DNA from: an uncultured Bacteroidales bacterium
GTDB taxonomy: Bacteria > Bacteroidota > Bacteroidia > Bacteroidales > VadinHA17
Assembly: GCA_963778605.1 (NCBI GenBank)
Contig: CAVZVF010000001.1
Location: forward strand, 857,757-921,756
Length of the DNA stretch: 64,000 nucleotides
Direction: 5' to 3'
The notes under the pieces are model-generated. The model saw nothing but the letters and a program-made list of their open reading frames with translations, searched no databases and had not been told where the DNA came from. This document shows positions 60,526 through 64,000 of this stretch, in pieces. The translations under genes and the position numbers were made by a program. How positions within the stretch are numbered: the first letter of the stretch is position 1; every line of letters begins with the position of its first letter.

Positions 60526-61905
60526 ATGGATTACAGATTTCAGACTAAACACATAAGATTTGCAATTGCAGCTATCCTTTATATACTTGTAGTAATCTGG
60601 ATTGGTAATTACTGGTTGCTTATCGGATTGGGTATTATTTACGATTTATATATTTCTGAGAAAGTTAACTGGACCTTCTGGAAGAGAAGAGATGGCAAGA
60701 ACAGTTCGTTCATTGAGTGGCTTGATGCATTGATTTTTGCAGTGATAGCAGTTTCACTGATAAATATTTTCCTTTTTCAGAATTACCGTATACCAACGCC
60801 ATCAATGGAGAAATCACTTCTGGTCGGCGATCATCTTTTTGTAAGTAAATTAGCTTATGGCCCCCGAATGCCAAATACTCCTATTGCTTTCCCTTTTACA
60901 CAACATACCATGCCTATTACAAAAGGCAAATCGTGGTCAAACCTGGTTTACTGGAAGTATAAACGATTGGCCGGTGGAGGTAAAGTAAAACATAATGATC
61001 CTATCGTTTTTAATTTTCCGGCAGGGGATACAGTGGTGGTGGAAGATCAGGCTACAAGCTATTATGAGATTGTAAGGAGAACTGCCAGTGAACTGCAGAA
61101 TAGAGATAATTACGGCAATCAGAATCCTAAAACCTCTGAAGAATTATATGGCGGAAGCGCGTAAGGAAATATGGGACAGATATACAAGTGATTTACCGGC
61201 CGGTTGACAGAAGGGATAACTATGTTAAAAGGTGTGTTGGTCTTCCCGGAGACACAATAACAATAAAAGCAGGCGATCTTTATGTTAACGGGAAACTTGT
61301 CCCCGACAACCATACCCAGCAGACAAATTATTTTGTCATAACAAATGGTACTACCATAAATCCCAAAACTTTTGAGCGGTTAAATATTAACAAGTCTGAT
61401 CAGAGGATGATATCAGGTAATGTTTACCTTTTTCCTCTTACAAAAGCAAATGCGGAAGCTATTTCTAAATTTTCAAATGTGACAAAGGTTACTCCCGAGT
61501 TAGCCGGGAAAGGAGAGTATGCTCCTTATATTTTCCCATACAGTCCTGCCAGGGGATGGAACGAAGACTATTTACGGACCTCTCTGGATTCCTGAAAAAG
61601 GGGCGACAGTAAAACTGGATACTTCCAATCTGTGTATTTATGATAGAATTATTGATGTTTATGAAAATAATGATCTTAGGGTTGAAGGGAGTAACATTTA
61701 TATTAATAATGTGCTTACCGACAAATACACATTTAAAATGGATTACTACTGGATGATGGGCGATAACAGGCACAATTCGGCGGATTCACGTTACTGGGGG
61801 TTTGTTCCTGAAGATCATATTGTGGGTAAGCCCAAGTTCATCTGGCTCTCAATTGATAAAGAAGCAAAAGGACTGAAGAGGATAAGATTTGGAGGATGTT
61901 TATGA
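60526..61905 (+). CDS. lepB: Signal peptidase I (long Bacteroidota form); at least 2 frame breaks (about 61140-61190 and about 61560-61595)
   Basis: ORFs 60526..61164 (TM; [20 protein letters not shown] with catalytic Ser), 61188..61595 ([22 protein letters not shown] with catalytic Lys) and 61519..61905 ([28 protein letters not shown]). The second break is repaired by shortening a TTT run (gactatTTAcgg) by one. Confidence 0.85.
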
Positions 61906-61926
61906 AAGTAAAATACATTGAATAAT

Positions 61927-61961
61927 GAAAAAAGCTGACTCAGTTACGGTCAGCTTTTTTA
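61927..61961. terminator. Bidirectional rho-independent terminator between convergent lepB and rplT
   Basis: aaaaaAGCTGAC-tcagttacg-GTCAGCTttttt. A 7-bp GC-containing stem is extended by a flanking A-run and T-run. Confidence 0.7.
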
Positions 61962-61979
61962 TTATTGATCAGATGTTTT

Positions 61980-62324
61980 CTATTTAACTTTTTCGACAAT
62001 AGCTTTAAATGCTTCAGGATGGTTCATCGCAAGGTCTGCAAGTGTTTTTCTGTTAAGTGTTATACCCATCTTGTCGAGTTTTCCGATAAATACTGAATAA
62101 CTCATGTCATACTGCCGTACACCGGCATTGATTCTCTGTATCCATAGAGCCCTGAACTGACCCTTCTTTTTCTTTCTGTCGCGGTAAGCATAACCCAATC
62201 CTTTGTCGAGAGTGTTTTTTGCGACTGTAATTACATTCCTTCTTGATCCGAAGTTTCCTTTTGTCTGCTTAAGAACCTTTTTTCTCCTGGCTCTTGATGC
62301 AACTGAATTTACTGATCTTGGCAT
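61980..62324 (-). CDS. rplT: 50S ribosomal protein L20
   Basis: 114-aa intact ORF starting [30 protein letters not shown]. Confidence 0.97.
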   Translation of the reverse strand: MPRSVNSVASRARRKKVLKQTKGNFGSRRNVITVAKNTLDKGLGYAYRDRKKKKGQFRALWIQRINAGVRQYDMSYSVFIGKLDKMGITLNRKTLADLAMNHPEAFKAIVEKVK

Positions 62325-62421
62325 AATTCATTTTTTTTTGAGTGTCAGCGTTCCGTTTCCGGACTCTTCTGTGCTGAACAATCTGTAAGTACTATAATTA
62401 TTTTATCAAAGCATAAGACAT

Positions 62422-62619
62422 TTACCTGCTGGCGAGCATAAGTTTTACATTTTTACGGTCCGTTTTATCAACTAACCCAAAGTATGAGAGGTTTCTCTTA
62501 CGTTTGGTTGATTTTTTTGTCAGGATGTGGCTTTTAAATGCATGTTTACGTTTGATTTTTCCTGTTCCGGTCAGAGAAAATCTCTTCTTTGCACCGGGAT
62601 TAGTTTTCATTTTTGGCAT
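62422..62619 (-). CDS. rpmI: 50S ribosomal protein L35
   Basis: 65-aa intact ORF starting [36 protein letters not shown]. Confidence 0.95.
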   Translation of the reverse strand: MPKMKTNPGAKKRFSLTGTGKIKRKHAFKSHILTKKSTKRKRNLSYFGLVDKTDRKNVKLMLASR

Positions 62620-62644
62620 TTCTATCTTATAAAATATAAAAAAA

Positions 62645-63193
62645 TTACTTCTTCTTTTTTGGGGAAAAAGAGATTATCATCCTTTTCCCTTCAAGGCGAG
62701 GGAGCTGTTCGACCTTGCCATAATCTTCAAGGTCATTTGCAAACCGCAGTAAAAGCACCTCACCCTGTTCCTTGAATAAAATGGATCTTCCTTTAAAGAA
62801 CACATAAGCTCTTACTTTCGCACCCTCTTCGAGGAATCTCATTGCATGTTTGAGCTTAAAGTTGTAATCATGTTCGTCGGTATTCGGCCCAAATCTGATC
62901 TCCTTTACAACAATTTTAGCGGTTTTAGCCTTAATTTCTTTCTGTTTCTTCTTTTGCTGATAAAGAAACTTTTGATAATCAACAATTTTGCAAACAGGGG
63001 GATCTGAATTTGGGGAAATTTCTACAAGGTCAAGTTCCAGCTTATCTGCCAGTTTCAGGGCATCCTGTAGACTCATGACTTCTGCTTCTATTTCTTCACC
63101 GACAACTCTGACCACCTTCGACATGATCCTGTTGTTAATTTTGTGAGCCGGCTGGGTAATCCTGCCGGGGCTTCGCCTGATTGGTCCGGTTAT
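62645..63193 (-). CDS. infC: Translation initiation factor IF-3, probably with a non-AUG (ATA) start
   Basis: Tracked ORF 62645..63124 begins mid-domain. The frame stays open upstream (…[35 protein letters not shown], where HKINNRI aligns with the conserved RIN-x-x-I of IF-3 N-termini). The first plausible initiator is ATA (rc of 63191-63193), 7 nt after AAGGAGGAAA. Confidence 0.8.
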   Translation of the reverse strand: MTGPIRRSPGRITQPAHKINNRIMSKVVRVVGEEIEAEVMSLQDALKLADKLELDLVEISPNSDPPVCKIVDYQKFLYQQKKKQKEIKAKTAKIVVKEIRFGPNTDEHDYNFKLKHAMRFLEEGAKVRAYVFFKGRSILFKEQGEVLLLRFANDLEDYGKVEQLPRLEGKRMIISFSPKKKK

Positions 63194-63244
63194 AGCTCTT
63201 TCCTCCTTAACTTTTATTAATACTAAAAATTATTTAATTCTCTG

Positions 63245-64000
63245 TCAAACTTCAATTTCCTTTTTGATTTCAGCGTTAATAAAAGCTGCAAACTCTTCAA
63301 TTTTCATACTCCCTTTATCGCCTTCTCCCTGCTTGCGTACAGCGATAGTACCACTTTCTGCTTCTTTTTCACCAATTATGAGAAGATAGGGGATCCTCTT
63401 TAATTCATTATCCCTGATCTTTTTACCTATCTTTTCACTCCTGTCGTCAATAAGTGTGCAAATATCGGAATTATTTAGAATTTCCAAAACATTTCCGGCA
63501 TAATCATTGAATTTTTCACTTATAGGGAGAAGAACTGCTTTTTCCGGTGCGAGCCACAAGGGGAATTTCCCGGCTGTATTTTCAATAAGTACGGCGACAA
63601 ATCGCTCCATAGAACCAAATATGGTTCTGTGTATCATTACAGGCCTGTGTTTCTGATTGTCACTGCCATTATAGGTGAGATCAAACCTTTCAGGCAGGTT
63701 ATAGTCGACCTGGATTGTGCCGAGTTGCCATTTACGCCCAATGGCATCCCTTACCATAAAGTCAAGTTTTGGGCCATAGAATGCTGCTTCACCCAAGACG
63801 ACTGTTGTTTTCAGGTTTTTCTCACCTGCAACTTCAATAATGTCGCGTTCAGCTCTTTCCCAATTTTCATCGGATCCGATATATTTTTGTTTATTATCGG
63901 GATCACGCAACGAGATCTGAGCCGTGAAGTCATTTAAATTCAATATCTTAAATACGTACAGAATCAGATCGATGATATTCTTGAACTCTTCCCTTAACTG
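63245..64000 (-). CDS. thrS: Threonine--tRNA ligase, C-terminal part (5' end beyond the window end)
   Basis: The frame is open from the window edge ([51 protein letters not shown]...) through the class II core and anticodon-binding domain to the stop at 63245. Confidence 0.95.
   Translation of the reverse strand, partial: QLREEFKNIIDLILYVFKILNLNDFTAQISLRDPDNKQKYIGSDENWERAERDIIEVAGEKNLKTTVVLGEAAFYGPKLDFMVRDAIGRKWQLGTIQVDYNLPERFDLTYNGSDNQKHRPVMIHRTIFGSMERFVAVLIENTAGKFPLWLAPEKAVLLPISEKFNDYAGNVLEILNNSDICTLIDDRSEKIGKKIRDNELKRIPYLLIIGEKEAESGTIAVRKQGEGDKGSMKIEEFAAFINAEIKKEIEV

Overview
This looks like a Bacteroidota chromosome segment. The evidence is a SusC/SusD pair, ECF sigma/FecR modules, Tat-exported oxidoreductases, TAnnTTTG-type promoter motifs, and dapB-lepB and thrS-infC-rpmI-rplT synteny. 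The left half (1-31.7 kb) is a glycan-utilisation accessory region. It holds two Ser-type sulfatases, a Tat-exported TIM-barrel isomerase-like protein, a PhoD-like phosphatase, two tandem two-domain esterase paralogs, an SDR, an MBL hydrolase, an M14-like peptidase, and an ECF-sigma/anti-sigma/SusC/SusD locus. It ends with a GH2 / Gfo-Idh-MocA / PmoA-like block. The right half (32-64 kb) is mostly housekeeping: DUF5063 plus a 3'-5' exonuclease, an RlmI-like methyltransferase, tex, mutS2, M28 peptidases, rocD, trmD, dapB, lepB, rplT, rpmI, infC and thrS. This half is interrupted at 51.2-57.4 kb by two diverged same-orientation IS4-family copies that bracket two glycoside-hydrolase-like genes. 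Other mobile or repeat content includes a RAYT (Y1 transposase) gene next to an inverted double-hairpin REP/REPIN-like cluster, two non-overlapping IS66 fragments, ghost fragments of neighbouring genes, an 8-bp pyrimidine-rich minisatellite, and several short-period palindromic intergenic elements. As assembled, the window carries about 40 frame breaks plus two in-frame stop codons. These are concentrated in about 15 genes (SusC, FecR, both esterases, the IS copies, lepB and others), while about 30 kb of other coding sequence is uninterrupted. I cannot tell from sequence alone whether this is real gene decay or homopolymer consensus error. I did not find a recognisable complete defence or other novel multi-gene system. 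The best candidates for follow-up are the AT-rich two-gene cassette with its own terminator wedged between the ECF sigma and its anti-sigma, the RAYT/REPIN module, the IS-bracketed island, and the repeat families.
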